Virus record (IMG/VR): IMGVR_UViG_3300043120_000165
Span: 1-29,253 of that record
Direction: 5' to 3' (one strand)
DNA: 29,253 bases
DNA from: a virus
Taxonomy: Duplodnaviria > Caudoviricetes
Shown: in pieces, positions 1 to 9,277 of the stretch
Position numbering within the stretch: position 1 is the stretch's first letter
Layout: the number at the start of each line of letters is the position of its first letter
Notes under the pieces: model-generated
Told to the model about the DNA's origin: nothing
The model's input: only the letters and a program-made list of their open reading frames with translations
Databases searched by the model: none
Program-made: the position numbers and the translations under genes

Positions 1-16
1 GTTTTTCTAAATTCAT
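1..16 (-). CDS. Probable 5' end of the major capsid protein gene (partial, MNLEK...)
   Basis: ATG at 16 preceded by AGGAG (26-30), directly downstream of the prohead protease. The product is inferred from gene order only. Confidence 0.55.
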
Positions 17-20
17 GCTT

Positions 21-617
21 CTATTCTCCTATTTTTATTTTCAAATTTAGTTTTTTTCTTATAAGTTCAGCCTTCATATTTTTCTCTGCTAAATCCATAG
101 TCTTTAGCTCTAAGTCCATAGCCTCTAAAGAACGAGCATAAATCGAAGTCTTATCATAAGCGGGTGTGTCAACGATTGAAACATCATATAAACGTTCAAT
201 CTTTCTGATATGTCTTTTTGGAATATCACCATCACGATTCCATTCCTGTTCACTAACTACAAATGCAAAGCTCATCTTATCCAATAAGCCTGATTTGACC
301 ATCTTAAAAATATCTTGATTACTTTGTGTGTCGAGCAGTTCCGCTCTTACCTTTAATCCAACATCATCACTTGTTAAAGTAAGTGAGCCATTTTTAGTCC
401 TGGCAATGATTAAAAACGAATCCATGTGGTTATACTTCATTGGCACATCTTTGATTGCTGCATCAGTGATTGCACTTCTGCTAATACTTTCAATAAATCC
501 ATACGATTCATCACCAATCAAAGTGGGTTCATCATAAACGATCGCATAACCTTCTAAGATCATCTTGTCATCTGTTTCTTCTAGCCTGACTTCTGCTATT
601 CTGGTTTCTTTCTTCAT
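21..617 (-). CDS. HK97-family prohead protease
   Basis: EGYAIVY, YNH, MSFAF and LYDVSIVDTPAY motifs; position after the portal gene. Confidence 0.95.
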   Translation of the reverse strand: MKKETRIAEVRLEETDDKMILEGYAIVYDEPTLIGDESYGFIESISRSAITDAAIKDVPMKYNHMDSFLIIARTKNGSLTLTSDDVGLKVRAELLDTQSNQDIFKMVKSGLLDKMSFAFVVSEQEWNRDGDIPKRHIRKIERLYDVSIVDTPAYDKTSIYARSLEAMDLELKTMDLAEKNMKAELIRKKLNLKIKIGE

Positions 618-808
618 CGCTTCTCAACCTCCTTAGGTTTTGCTACTTGTTTTTCATACACGTATTCAAGTTCATTGTCCTTGTATGAAATTTCATTAAT
701 CTTGTGTGTCTTACAAAAGGCTTCTATCGTATTAATCTTTTCTTTCTGTTCTTCTAAGACTGTATTTAATACATCTTTTGAAACCTTACCATTAATTGTT
801 ACCTTCAT
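614..808 (-). CDS. Small hypothetical protein in the head module
   Basis: 64 aa; overlaps the portal end by 17 nt and the protease start by ATGA, indicating translational coupling. Confidence 0.75.
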   Translation of the reverse strand: MKVTINGKVSKDVLNTVLEEQKEKINTIEAFCKTHKINEISYKDNELEYVYEKQVAKPKEVEKR

Positions 809-2006
809 TTAAATCATCCTTCCCTACTTGATATTCGTTTGCTTTAGTAGCATCAACATAATTGAGTGACTGTAATCTTCTATCCCCATTTTCTACTGGT
901 TCAAGTCCCAATAACCCTCTTGATTCATTAAGTGACATGATGCCTAACCCCATCAGTTTTTCTATCGCTGTAACCTTTGTGTTCCATGATGCGTATTGAA
1001 GTCTTTCGCTATAAAAGATAATCTCCTCACCACGCATGATTTCATTTTGTGTTAGTAAGCCTAAAGAAAAAGCCTCAGACATTTGAATGGCTAAAGGCTC
1101 GATGGTTTGTTCATAAAATGAGTTGAACTCATCTTCTGTATATTTGGAATGAAAGATTGGAACAGATACACCAAAGTAATCTAAGATTTTTGATTGTAAG
1201 AACTCTAGGGTATCCTTGTCTATTAGCTTTGGATCTGTTGTTAAAGGTACATAATCACCTTTTAAGTCTACCGGAATAATTGAACTTCCCTTATTCCTAA
1301 TAGACTCTTTGAGAATCTCGTTAAATGAATCAAGCTGCTTTTTTTTATCTGTTTCGCTTAACATCGCACTCATTTTGAGGAGTCCTTTAATCTGCATGGA
1401 GCTCTTAAGTGCGTTATCAATACCTTGAAGTACATTCTCATTAATTTGGATTGTTTTTAAGAGTGCTTCCTGGTCACCTTTTGAACTCGATCCACCAAAG
1501 ATCTGATTCGTATGATAAAACCTTTTAATATGAATAATATTCTCATATGGAATTATGAAGGATTCTTGACTGTCAAAGTTAAACTTCAAGTAATAGTTAC
1601 CACCAGAATCAATAATTGGTTCAACGATTGATGGCTTCAGTGGATAAAGTGCTTTGATTTCACCAGTTGAACCGTCAAACATCGGATAGATGAATGCATT
1701 GTCGTTCATTAGCAAAGTCGTAATCACCATATAGATAAACTGATAAGGTGTCATGACCTCATTTGGTTGGTGCTTTAAAATAAAAGACAGTTTGCCAGAT
1801 TTCTCTGTAACTGTCTTATCGTTTGATTTCTTTATGTATCGTGGTTTTAATTTTGCACACTGACTTGCTATCCTATCAATCGCAATCTTCACTACATCGG
1901 ATTTTGAGATGTTATTTCCAAAGTTTGTAAGTGGTAGATTTATTTCATTAACAAATTTAAAGGACTCAGCAGAGCTTTGTTTTTTCTTTCGTTTAAATAT
2001 GGCCAT
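792..2006 (-). CDS. HK97-family portal protein
   Basis: 404 aa; PNEVMT, NAFI, IIHIK, TIEPLA and SLNESRGLLGLEP motifs; AGGAGG RBS. Confidence 0.95.
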   Translation of the reverse strand: MAIFKRKKKQSSAESFKFVNEINLPLTNFGNNISKSDVVKIAIDRIASQCAKLKPRYIKKSNDKTVTEKSGKLSFILKHQPNEVMTPYQFIYMVITTLLMNDNAFIYPMFDGSTGEIKALYPLKPSIVEPIIDSGGNYYLKFNFDSQESFIIPYENIIHIKRFYHTNQIFGGSSSKGDQEALLKTIQINENVLQGIDNALKSSMQIKGLLKMSAMLSETDKKKQLDSFNEILKESIRNKGSSIIPVDLKGDYVPLTTDPKLIDKDTLEFLQSKILDYFGVSVPIFHSKYTEDEFNSFYEQTIEPLAIQMSEAFSLGLLTQNEIMRGEEIIFYSERLQYASWNTKVTAIEKLMGLGIMSLNESRGLLGLEPVENGDRRLQSLNYVDATKANEYQVGKDDLNEGNN

Positions 2007-2025
2007 AGAGACCTCCTAATATATG

Positions 2026-2787
2026 CTATTTATTCGGTATTTTTATAGTACCTGAAATATGAATAGGTGTAAAATCAATTAGATGATCTTGGACATCTAT
2101 TTTAAAATCAGCCAAATCTTCAATATCATGGTTGAAAAAGTAATAGACGATATATTTTCCTGCCCCATCAAATGTAATAAAAAACAAATGCATAATATTT
2201 TTATTATTCTTTAATCTTTCCTTGAAACTATCGAAATGAAACGGGGTTAAGAGATATTTGCTATAGTCTTTTGTAGACAGCATCATATTCGTTAGCAAGC
2301 TAGCATCTTCAATAATAAAACCAAAATCAAAATTTTGATGATAAATGTTGTGCTTTAACATTTCATTCTTAGAATTTTGATAATTTTGTATGTAAGATTT
2401 ATATTTAGATGCATGTTTGTCGAATATTCTATTTAGGTTACTTTCGTAGTCTCTTAATGACGATTTGTTCTTATATTTATGTTCTTTTATTTTTACTACA
2501 TCAAGTTCACTTTCATTCAGGGATTCTTCAAATTGTCTATCTACTTCAGCTTGTTCCATTTTCTGTGAACTCGACTTTTTGACAGATTCAGATCCATCAA
2601 ATTGAAATTGCTCTAACAATATATTTCTATCTGGTCTAGGGATTAAAATATCCGGTCGTTCAAATTGATATGCATTGATATCTTTATTTGTGAATAATAA
2701 ATCAAATATTTCTGTCGACTTTCGACCTATACAATAGACACCGTCAGCATTATTTAAAATATTAACAAATCGATGTACTTCAATCAT
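2026..2787 (-). CDS. Orphan gene between terL and portal; possible PD-(D/E)xK-like nuclease
   Basis: 253-aa ORF with a GGTG RBS. ERPD-x10-LEQF resembles a restriction-fold catalytic pattern; the function is tentative. Confidence 0.7.
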   Translation of the reverse strand: MIEVHRFVNILNNADGVYCIGRKSTEIFDLLFTNKDINAYQFERPDILIPRPDRNILLEQFQFDGSESVKKSSSQKMEQAEVDRQFEESLNESELDVVKIKEHKYKNKSSLRDYESNLNRIFDKHASKYKSYIQNYQNSKNEMLKHNIYHQNFDFGFIIEDASLLTNMMLSTKDYSKYLLTPFHFDSFKERLKNNKNIMHLFFITFDGAGKYIVYYFFNHDIEDLADFKIDVQDHLIDFTPIHISGTIKIPNK

Positions 2788-2811
2788 GATATCACCAAAT
2801 CCTTCGATTAA

Positions 2812-4449
2812 TTATAGCATATTTTCATACTCGATTTTATATCGATTTAATACTGCATATGCAATAATGAGTGCTACAGCTCCATCTATTCTTTTATATT
2901 TACTACCAAGTTTTGATGGTTGAATATTCCCATTGATATCAATCTTTGCTTGGGTATTTGATAAGTTCCATTTCATGATTGGATTATTGTTATAGATCAC
3001 ATTACCATTCTTTAGATCAGCTTCAAGTTGCTTCATTGGTTCAGATAAAGAGTAGATCCCTTGTCGAACCTTTTCCATTTGAAATCCCAAGTCTTCCATT
3101 TCTTTAGTCCAATACTGACTATTCCACGGATCATAACCTACCCATAGAGGTCTAATCTCATAGGTTCTTATCATTGTTAGAAACCATTGTGTAACAAGTG
3201 TGAAGTCATTTTGATTACCTTCAGTCACTGTAATTAAACCTCTTTGAACCCAAATATCATAAGGTACATTATCTTCTTCTTTTCTACGCTTTATAACTTC
3301 ACTTGGCATAAAGAACTGTGGGATAACATACTTCTTACCATCTTTTATTAACAATAAAAGTGCAACTGTAAGGTCTGTGGTTGATGATAGGTCAACTCCA
3401 CCTATAGCGTAGTTGTTTCTTAACTCATTGATATCATAGGTTGCTTCATTATTTAGATCATCATATGTCAACCATGATCCTTGTTCTAATTGCTTAATGT
3501 TGAAGTCTTTAGAAAGCATCGTGACTCTTGTTGATAAGTCATGTCTGGATTTATTCATTAAGTCTTCAAGATATGAATATGTTTTAACTGTTCCTAAGCT
3601 CGGATTACTTTTCTGCCATGTATTCTTATCTTCGTAGATTTCATTAATTGAGTCTTGAGTATATAACCAAGGAAGCACACGTTCATCGTTGATCTCCCTT
3701 TTGATCATCTTTCTAACATAATCAAGTTTACTGTCTAAGAAACCACCCACTGTATTGCCTTCAGTTGTAATGATAAAAATAAGTGGTTCTTCTTTGGTCG
3801 ATTGACTTTGCTTGATCGCATCGTAAACTTTCGAATCAGTCATTTCATGAACTTCATCAATACAACCAACTTCTATATTGTAGCCATCTTTGTTTCGTGA
3901 TTGAGCTGATAACTTCTTAATCTTATTCTTTGTTTTTGGTGAGTAAATATGAAAGATGTTCTTTTTACTACGTTTTTCATTTGATAGTGCTTTCGATCCT
4001 TCTCTCATGTTGTTAATTTCATCAAATAATATATTAGCCTGTTCTGATGTGTTTGATGCACATACAATATCGACGCCACCTTTGGATAAGAAGAATTCTG
4101 CTAAGTCAATACCTGCAATGAATGTAGTCTTACCATTTTTTCTTGCAATAAGTAGAATCACTTCATTAAACCTTCTAAGATTCGAATTCGCCATCTTGAA
4201 TCCATAGGCAGCTTGGAGAATTGCTTTCTCCCATAATTCTAAAATGAATGGTTCACCATTAAATGGGCTTTTTGTATGTTTACAGAATGTTTCTATAAAC
4301 TCAATTCGAATGTTTCCTGGCTTTTCATCAAATATATATCTTGGGTTATTCATATCTTGAATTAGCGTTTCTAGAACTGTTAATAATTCTTTACCAACAA
4401 TGATATTTCCTTTTTGAATCTCCTCATAATACTTCGTTAAATAGTTCAT
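2812..4449 (-). CDS. terL: Terminase large subunit
   Basis: Walker A ARKNGKT, Walker B CIDEVH, nuclease motifs GVDLS, YDPWN and RIDGAVA. Confidence 0.97.
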   Translation of the reverse strand: MNYLTKYYEEIQKGNIIVGKELLTVLETLIQDMNNPRYIFDEKPGNIRIEFIETFCKHTKSPFNGEPFILELWEKAILQAAYGFKMANSNLRRFNEVILLIARKNGKTTFIAGIDLAEFFLSKGGVDIVCASNTSEQANILFDEINNMREGSKALSNEKRSKKNIFHIYSPKTKNKIKKLSAQSRNKDGYNIEVGCIDEVHEMTDSKVYDAIKQSQSTKEEPLIFIITTEGNTVGGFLDSKLDYVRKMIKREINDERVLPWLYTQDSINEIYEDKNTWQKSNPSLGTVKTYSYLEDLMNKSRHDLSTRVTMLSKDFNIKQLEQGSWLTYDDLNNEATYDINELRNNYAIGGVDLSSTTDLTVALLLLIKDGKKYVIPQFFMPSEVIKRRKEEDNVPYDIWVQRGLITVTEGNQNDFTLVTQWFLTMIRTYEIRPLWVGYDPWNSQYWTKEMEDLGFQMEKVRQGIYSLSEPMKQLEADLKNGNVIYNNNPIMKWNLSNTQAKIDINGNIQPSKLGSKYKRIDGAVALIIAYAVLNRYKIEYENML

Positions 4450-4766
4450 TCAGACATTCTACCTATAAACTTGTCAAATTCATCATCTTCATCGACTATA
4501 TTTTTACCCATTATTGAGTTTAGTGTTTTAATAACCGTTCCATATGAATTCACTAACTTAGTGTAATACTTTGCTGCTTCGGTTTGACGTTGCGCACCTT
4601 TTGATGAAACTTGAACAGCTCCATGTTTTTTTATTTGATTTTGAAGTATTCCAAGTTCAACCTTCATAAAAGCTGCTTGTTGGATTAAGTTATCTACTAA
4701 TTCTGTTTTGGTTTCATCAACCGATGAAAAAAGCGACCGAAGTCGCTTGTATTCAAAATTAACCAT
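4446..4766 (-). CDS. terS: Terminase small subunit (P27-like)
   Basis: 106-aa helical protein with IKKHG and an acidic DEDDEFDKF tail; ATGA overlap with terL. Confidence 0.8.
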   Translation of the reverse strand: MVNFEYKRLRSLFSSVDETKTELVDNLIQQAAFMKVELGILQNQIKKHGAVQVSSKGAQRQTEAAKYYTKLVNSYGTVIKTLNSIMGKNIVDEDDEFDKFIGRMSE

Positions 4767-4774
4767 ATATATAC

Positions 4775-6037
4775 CTAACCTTTAAAAATTGAAAAGATAA
4801 TTGCTACTATTGAAAGTACTAATGAAACTAATGCAATTGTTGTATTTAGTTTGTTGTTTTGTATGTCTAGTGCTACTTTATATAACTCATATTGCTCTTT
4901 ATACTTGTTTAGTATAATTTCTAAACTCTCTTTTACAAAAGTATATTCAAAAGGTAATGAAGTTGGATTATCTCCTTCATAAGTACCATATTCGACAGTC
5001 CAGTTATCTTTAAGCTTTTTGTTTAGCTCATCAATGTTGACAGAATTACCAGAATCTCTACTACTCTCGAGTTCAGCAATTTTTCTATAAAGCCATAATA
5101 AATTGCCGAAGTTATAGATTTTTTTAGCTTCAACACTGTAACCCGAAATTTTATAGTTAAGTATGTTCAACTCATAGTAAAAGTATAAATTATAATAAAG
5201 TATATTCCTATATTGTGAGAAAAAAGTCATTATAGATCTATGATCAAAATATCTCTCTGACGTATACAACTGAATATCTTGTATTGGCGTATACTCAGAA
5301 AAAGTTCTATCTAATAAAAAAACAGTATTAGCATGTTTGCTCTTTCCTAAGAGACCCATGTATGGTGGTTGGATTTTTTCTTTGTCTAATGATTTTACGT
5401 GATAAACATATAATGCCATGGACTCATATTTTTTATCAATATTTTTATAAAGAGTATTTTCAACATATTTTTGAAATGCAAGTTTAAGTAAAGAGTCATG
5501 ATGTTCAATATAATCGATAGTTCTATTATTGAGTCCGTTATCTTCAAAATCGAATCTATTATACCTGTTAATGATTTTTCTATTGACATTTCTCAAAGTT
5601 GATACAATAAAATCTCTTTCTTGATTAAAACTTTTAAAAGGTTGTTTTAGATTTAATTGAAACTCTACCATTGCATTATAGTTACTTCTTTGACACCAAG
5701 TCATATTAATTCCACTTATATATTCGTTGTCTTTAGTTGTAATATCGGCAAATAGTCCGTGACTAGAACTCATATTCTGAAAAATTAAGTATTGTGCTTT
5801 ACGTGAATACTTAAAATACATTCTATCTTTAGAAAACTTTTTTTTGTCTAAATGATGAATATTTCTTAATAATCTTTTTATTCCCGTATTGTCAAAAGAA
5901 TCGTAAAGACACACAAACCTTAATGACTGGTTACTATAATTTCTCGAAGAAAAAATTTCCTTGCCTTTGTCTGATTCAAAAAATGATATGTATTTATCTA
6001 GACTTTTATCAAACTCTTTAAAAAAATTATTAGTCAT
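4775..6037 (-). CDS. Orphan protein with a C-terminal transmembrane helix
   Basis: 420-aa AT-rich ORF with a GGGGG RBS; hydrophobic C-terminus IALVSLVLSIVAIIFSIF. Confidence 0.8.
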   Translation of the reverse strand: MTNNFFKEFDKSLDKYISFFESDKGKEIFSSRNYSNQSLRFVCLYDSFDNTGIKRLLRNIHHLDKKKFSKDRMYFKYSRKAQYLIFQNMSSSHGLFADITTKDNEYISGINMTWCQRSNYNAMVEFQLNLKQPFKSFNQERDFIVSTLRNVNRKIINRYNRFDFEDNGLNNRTIDYIEHHDSLLKLAFQKYVENTLYKNIDKKYESMALYVYHVKSLDKEKIQPPYMGLLGKSKHANTVFLLDRTFSEYTPIQDIQLYTSERYFDHRSIMTFFSQYRNILYYNLYFYYELNILNYKISGYSVEAKKIYNFGNLLWLYRKIAELESSRDSGNSVNIDELNKKLKDNWTVEYGTYEGDNPTSLPFEYTFVKESLEIILNKYKEQYELYKVALDIQNNKLNTTIALVSLVLSIVAIIFSIFKG

Positions 6038-6084
6038 TATTTAACCCCCCATTTATATAAGTTACTGTTCATGATTTCTAGATT

Positions 6085-6166
6085 TTCAAAAAAATCGACT
6101 TTCATTTTTTAATTGCCCACCCATGCGGTACCCTTACCACATGTATCATATCATAATGGGGGGGGG
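6085..6166 (-). other. Putative cos packaging region
   Basis: GC-rich island in AT-rich DNA between HNH and terS. On the minus strand: C9, then GGGTACCGCATGGGTGGGC, then A/T tracts. Position and pattern fit HK97-like cos phages. Confidence 0.6.
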
Positions 6167-7072
6167 TTACATAAATGTTTTAAATGATTCAGCCAATGCT
6201 GGAGCAAACACTATTAACAAATCAAAAAAATGCTGCAATAGTGTTTTGTCTTTCTTACCATTTATTATGGAGTCTTTAACTGGACCAATAATCTTAACTG
6301 CCTCATCTTGAGCCTTTTTTTCTTTTGAGAACATTTTTGTCTTCACTGACTTAACTTCATTCATTAAATTATCTAGTTTTACTTCTATGTTTGAAACTAA
6401 ATTAATATCCCCTGTATTTTGACCAGAGACATTGACATTCTGATTGACTACATTGCTAATGTTATTAATAGTTGATGGGATTTGGTTCTTAACTGAATTG
6501 AATTTTGCTTGATAGCATTGCACATCGTATTTTGTATCCTCATCAATTTTCATTTCTTTAATTGAAATTTCCTTCATCTCAATATACTCTATTTCAATCT
6601 CTGAAGTATCTGATGTATTGATTAAAATTGTTTTGCTTCTAACAAACTTAATATTTTCTTCTACCAAAGGTATATAAAGTAAGTATTTTTCAGTGTCTCT
6701 AAAAGCTCTAATTGATTCTAAATTACCTTTGCTATTAAAAGTACCTTTGATCTCAAACAAATATGTCTTTTTCTCATAGGTATCTTGATATTTTTTAAGT
6801 TCTTCTTTGGTTTGCTTATTTTGCTCATAAACATCTTTAACCTTTGAATATCCTTCTTTTGTGACATCTATTCCTTTTACAATTCCTACTTTTGCATAAT
6901 CCAAACCTTTTGCAGCAACTTTTTTCAATCCACCCAAAAAGCCTTGTTTACCTTTTTGCTCATCCGTAACAACCGATTCTTTGTTAATTCCTTCTTCTTT
7001 TTCTTCAATTGTTTCTTCACTTGAATTTTCATCTACATTAATCTTGTTTTCGTCAGTATTCAATGTTCTCAC
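6167..7072 (-). CDS. Orphan moron protein with its own promoter
   Basis: 301-aa ORF; the true start may be TTG at 7063 after GAGGTG. The stop codon abuts the C9 tract. Confidence 0.8.
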   Translation of the reverse strand: MRTLNTDENKINVDENSSEETIEEKEEGINKESVVTDEQKGKQGFLGGLKKVAAKGLDYAKVGIVKGIDVTKEGYSKVKDVYEQNKQTKEELKKYQDTYEKKTYLFEIKGTFNSKGNLESIRAFRDTEKYLLYIPLVEENIKFVRSKTILINTSDTSEIEIEYIEMKEISIKEMKIDEDTKYDVQCYQAKFNSVKNQIPSTINNISNVVNQNVNVSGQNTGDINLVSNIEVKLDNLMNEVKSVKTKMFSKEKKAQDEAVKIIGPVKDSIINGKKDKTLLQHFFDLLIVFAPALAESFKTFM

Positions 7073-7084
7073 CTCACTGTATAT

Positions 7085-7113
7085 ATTATATATAAATTAA
7101 GGTTTTTTGTCCA
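7085..7113 (-). promoter_or_regulatory. Sigma70/SigA promoter of the moron
   Basis: TGGACA-N17-TATAAT on the minus strand. Confidence 0.8.
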
Positions 7114-7145
7114 TCTTAGATGGTCTTACATTGCTTTACTTAAAC

Positions 7146-7433
7146 TTAAAAGTTTCCTTGTTCATCAAATATTACATCTTTCTTGTTAAATCTTCCATGC
7201 TCTTTGTTATGACAATCCCTACAAAGCAACTCCAGGTTATCTTGATTCAAACTTATATTTGTATCGTTAACATTATCTACGGTTAACCTAATCTTATGAT
7301 GAACCTCTTCACCAATTGCTCCACACCGCTCACACTTGCCCTGTGTGGCGTTTATTTTGATATTGCGAGCAACGAGCCAAGCCTTCGATTTATAAAACCT
7401 GTGAAGCTCTTTTGGTTTGCTCATAAGATTCAC
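7146..7433 (-). CDS. Terminase-associated HNH endonuclease (gp74-like)
   Basis: CERC...EVHHK...NLELLCRDCHNKEH; located upstream of cos/terS. Confidence 0.92.
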   Translation of the reverse strand: MNLMSKPKELHRFYKSKAWLVARNIKINATQGKCERCGAIGEEVHHKIRLTVDNVNDTNISLNQDNLELLCRDCHNKEHGRFNKKDVIFDEQGNF

Positions 7434-8538
7434 TTAGTTGTTTCGCCTTAGCATCCACTTGTTCCCAAGCCACATCAAGATCAACTCGTCCAATATGCCC
7501 ATAAGCTGCTAAAGGTTTAAACTTAACATTTTTCAGGTTTAATTCTTTAATAATGCTCGATGGTGTGAAATTGAAGTTCTCTTTGATTAGTTTTAAAAGG
7601 ATCTCATCTGATGCAACTCCAGTACCAAAGGTATCAACCGATACACTGACAGGATTAGCTACACCGATGGAGTAGGACACACAGACTTCGCACCTGTGCG
7701 CTAAATTTGCCGCTACGAGGGCTTTTGCTACGAATCTGGCATAGTAAGCCGCACTGCGGTCGACCTTGCTCACGTCCTTGCCAGAGAATGCGCCACCCCC
7801 ATGTTTTGCATAACCACCATAAGTATCAACAATAATCTTTCTACCTGTTAATCCAGAATCACCATAAGGTCCACCAACAACAAAAGCACCTGTTGGATTT
7901 ATTAAGACCTGAATGTGTGACAGATCTTCTCCAATCAAAGGCTTTAGCACTTCATTTAAAATGATCTCTTTTGCATAGTCTAATTGAATGCCATGTTTTG
8001 TTTGAGCAGATACTACTATCGTTTCATAAGCAATTGGTTCATCATTTTCATAAACGACAGAAACTTGACACTTCCCATCTGGTCCAAAGACGTGTCCATA
8101 CTTTGCCTTTCTAAGCTCATCTAGGCTTCTTGCGATGTCATGTGCCACAACGATTGGTAAAGGCATCAATTCGGGTGTTTCTTTGCAAGCGTAGCCAAAC
8201 ATTAAACCCTGGTCTCCTGCACCTTGTTCATGTTCATTGGTATGATTGACACCAAGAGCAATATCATCGGATTGCTTGGATATCTTTTCGATTACATTGA
8301 ATGGTTCATCATATCCGATTTCTTTTAATGTGTTTAATGCAACCTCTTTATAGTTCACTGATGCTTTGGATGTGACTTCACCAAAGATAAAAACAACATC
8401 ATCTTTGATGGCTGTTTCTACTGCTACTCTTGCAGCTTTATCTTGTTCTAAATGAGCATCAAGAATAGCATCACTAATTTGGTCACATATTTTATCTGGA
8501 TGTCCCTTAAAGACTGATTCGCTTGTTATAATTTTCAT
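7390..8538 (-). CDS. metK: S-adenosylmethionine synthetase (phage-encoded)
   Basis: SESV-x-x-GHPDK, GAGDQG, PDGK, GLTGRKIIVDTYGG and GGGAFSGKD signatures. Confidence 0.97.
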   Translation of the reverse strand: MKIITSESVFKGHPDKICDQISDAILDAHLEQDKAARVAVETAIKDDVVFIFGEVTSKASVNYKEVALNTLKEIGYDEPFNVIEKISKQSDDIALGVNHTNEHEQGAGDQGLMFGYACKETPELMPLPIVVAHDIARSLDELRKAKYGHVFGPDGKCQVSVVYENDEPIAYETIVVSAQTKHGIQLDYAKEIILNEVLKPLIGEDLSHIQVLINPTGAFVVGGPYGDSGLTGRKIIVDTYGGYAKHGGGAFSGKDVSKVDRSAAYYARFVAKALVAANLAHRCEVCVSYSIGVANPVSVSVDTFGTGVASDEILLKLIKENFNFTPSSIIKELNLKNVKFKPLAAYGHIGRVDLDVAWEQVDAKAKQLSESYEQTKRASQVL

Positions 8539-8561
8539 TGTTGTCCTCGCTTTTAATAGTT

Positions 8562-8584
8562 AAAAAGGAAGCTTCATCGCTTCC
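8562..8584 (-). terminator. Intrinsic terminator closing the four-gene cassette
   Basis: GGAAGC-gatgaa-GCTTCC-TTTTT on the minus strand. Confidence 0.75.
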
Positions 8585-8591
8585 CTTGGTT

Positions 8592-8891
8592 TTAGGTTTT
8601 GTTTTTGGTTAGTGGTATGAATGCTGCATACCTTGCATAATGATAGCCTTCACTCTCTACGAGTATTCCAAAGTCATGTTTATCAGATGTTACTAACAAA
8701 CAATGAAATACTCCAGCTTTATCACAATACATTGATTCAAGATGCTCTTTGATGAAATCATAATCGCTTAGTGGATCTCGAATAAAACATTCAAATAAAT
8801 CACTGTTAATTGTAATTGTCTTTTCAATAATGAATTCATCCTGTGGGATAAGTTCTTCTGGTGTTGGCTTTCTAATAAAATTTACTTTCAT
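8592..8891 (-). CDS. DUF6329-like small protein (paralog of 9682-10008)
   Basis: DYDFIKEH...MY.D...HCLLVT...GILVESEGYHYARY. Confidence 0.8.
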   Translation of the reverse strand: MKVNFIRKPTPEELIPQDEFIIEKTITINSDLFECFIRDPLSDYDFIKEHLESMYCDKAGVFHCLLVTSDKHDFGILVESEGYHYARYAAFIPLTKNKT

Positions 8892-9277
8892 GCTGTTGTA
8901 TCCTCGTCAATTCTCCATGCAGTATAAACACTTCTATATGTACAATCCCAAATATCTAGGATGACGCCATCTTTACAAACACTAATGTGACCTGCCATCT
9001 TTAATATGAATGTTCCTTTTGGATGAAGCTCACAGAAGTCACTACCTTTAATTCTTGGTTCACCTTTGATTGCTTTAAAGATAAGTCTTGGCTTTCCTTC
9101 TAAATACTTATAAATGAACTCGGTATCCTTGTAACTGGTGAAACTCCATTCACGCTTTTTCTGATTAAGTTCTCTTCTAGTTTCCATGTAGTCTTTATCA
9201 AATGCTGTCGAAATAGCTCTAACCACACAATCGCCTGTTTTAATACCTTTAGGATGCCTGTTGTAATAGTTATACAT
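8888..9277 (-). CDS. Hypothetical protein with a possible papain-like Cys-His-Asp triad
   Basis: GDCVVRAI...GHISV..DG.I.D.WD. Start placed at the second Met (9277), which overlaps the upstream stop. Confidence 0.75.
   Translation of the reverse strand: MYNYYNRHPKGIKTGDCVVRAISTAFDKDYMETRRELNQKKREWSFTSYKDTEFIYKYLEGKPRLIFKAIKGEPRIKGSDFCELHPKGTFILKMAGHISVCKDGVILDIWDCTYRSVYTAWRIDEDTTA

Noticed and set aside
6123-6311. 62-aa plus-strand ORF and G9 tract as a phase-variation switch
   Set aside because: The tract lies outside the supported genes and promoters and is better explained as part of the cos-like region; the ORF is mostly antisense to the moron.
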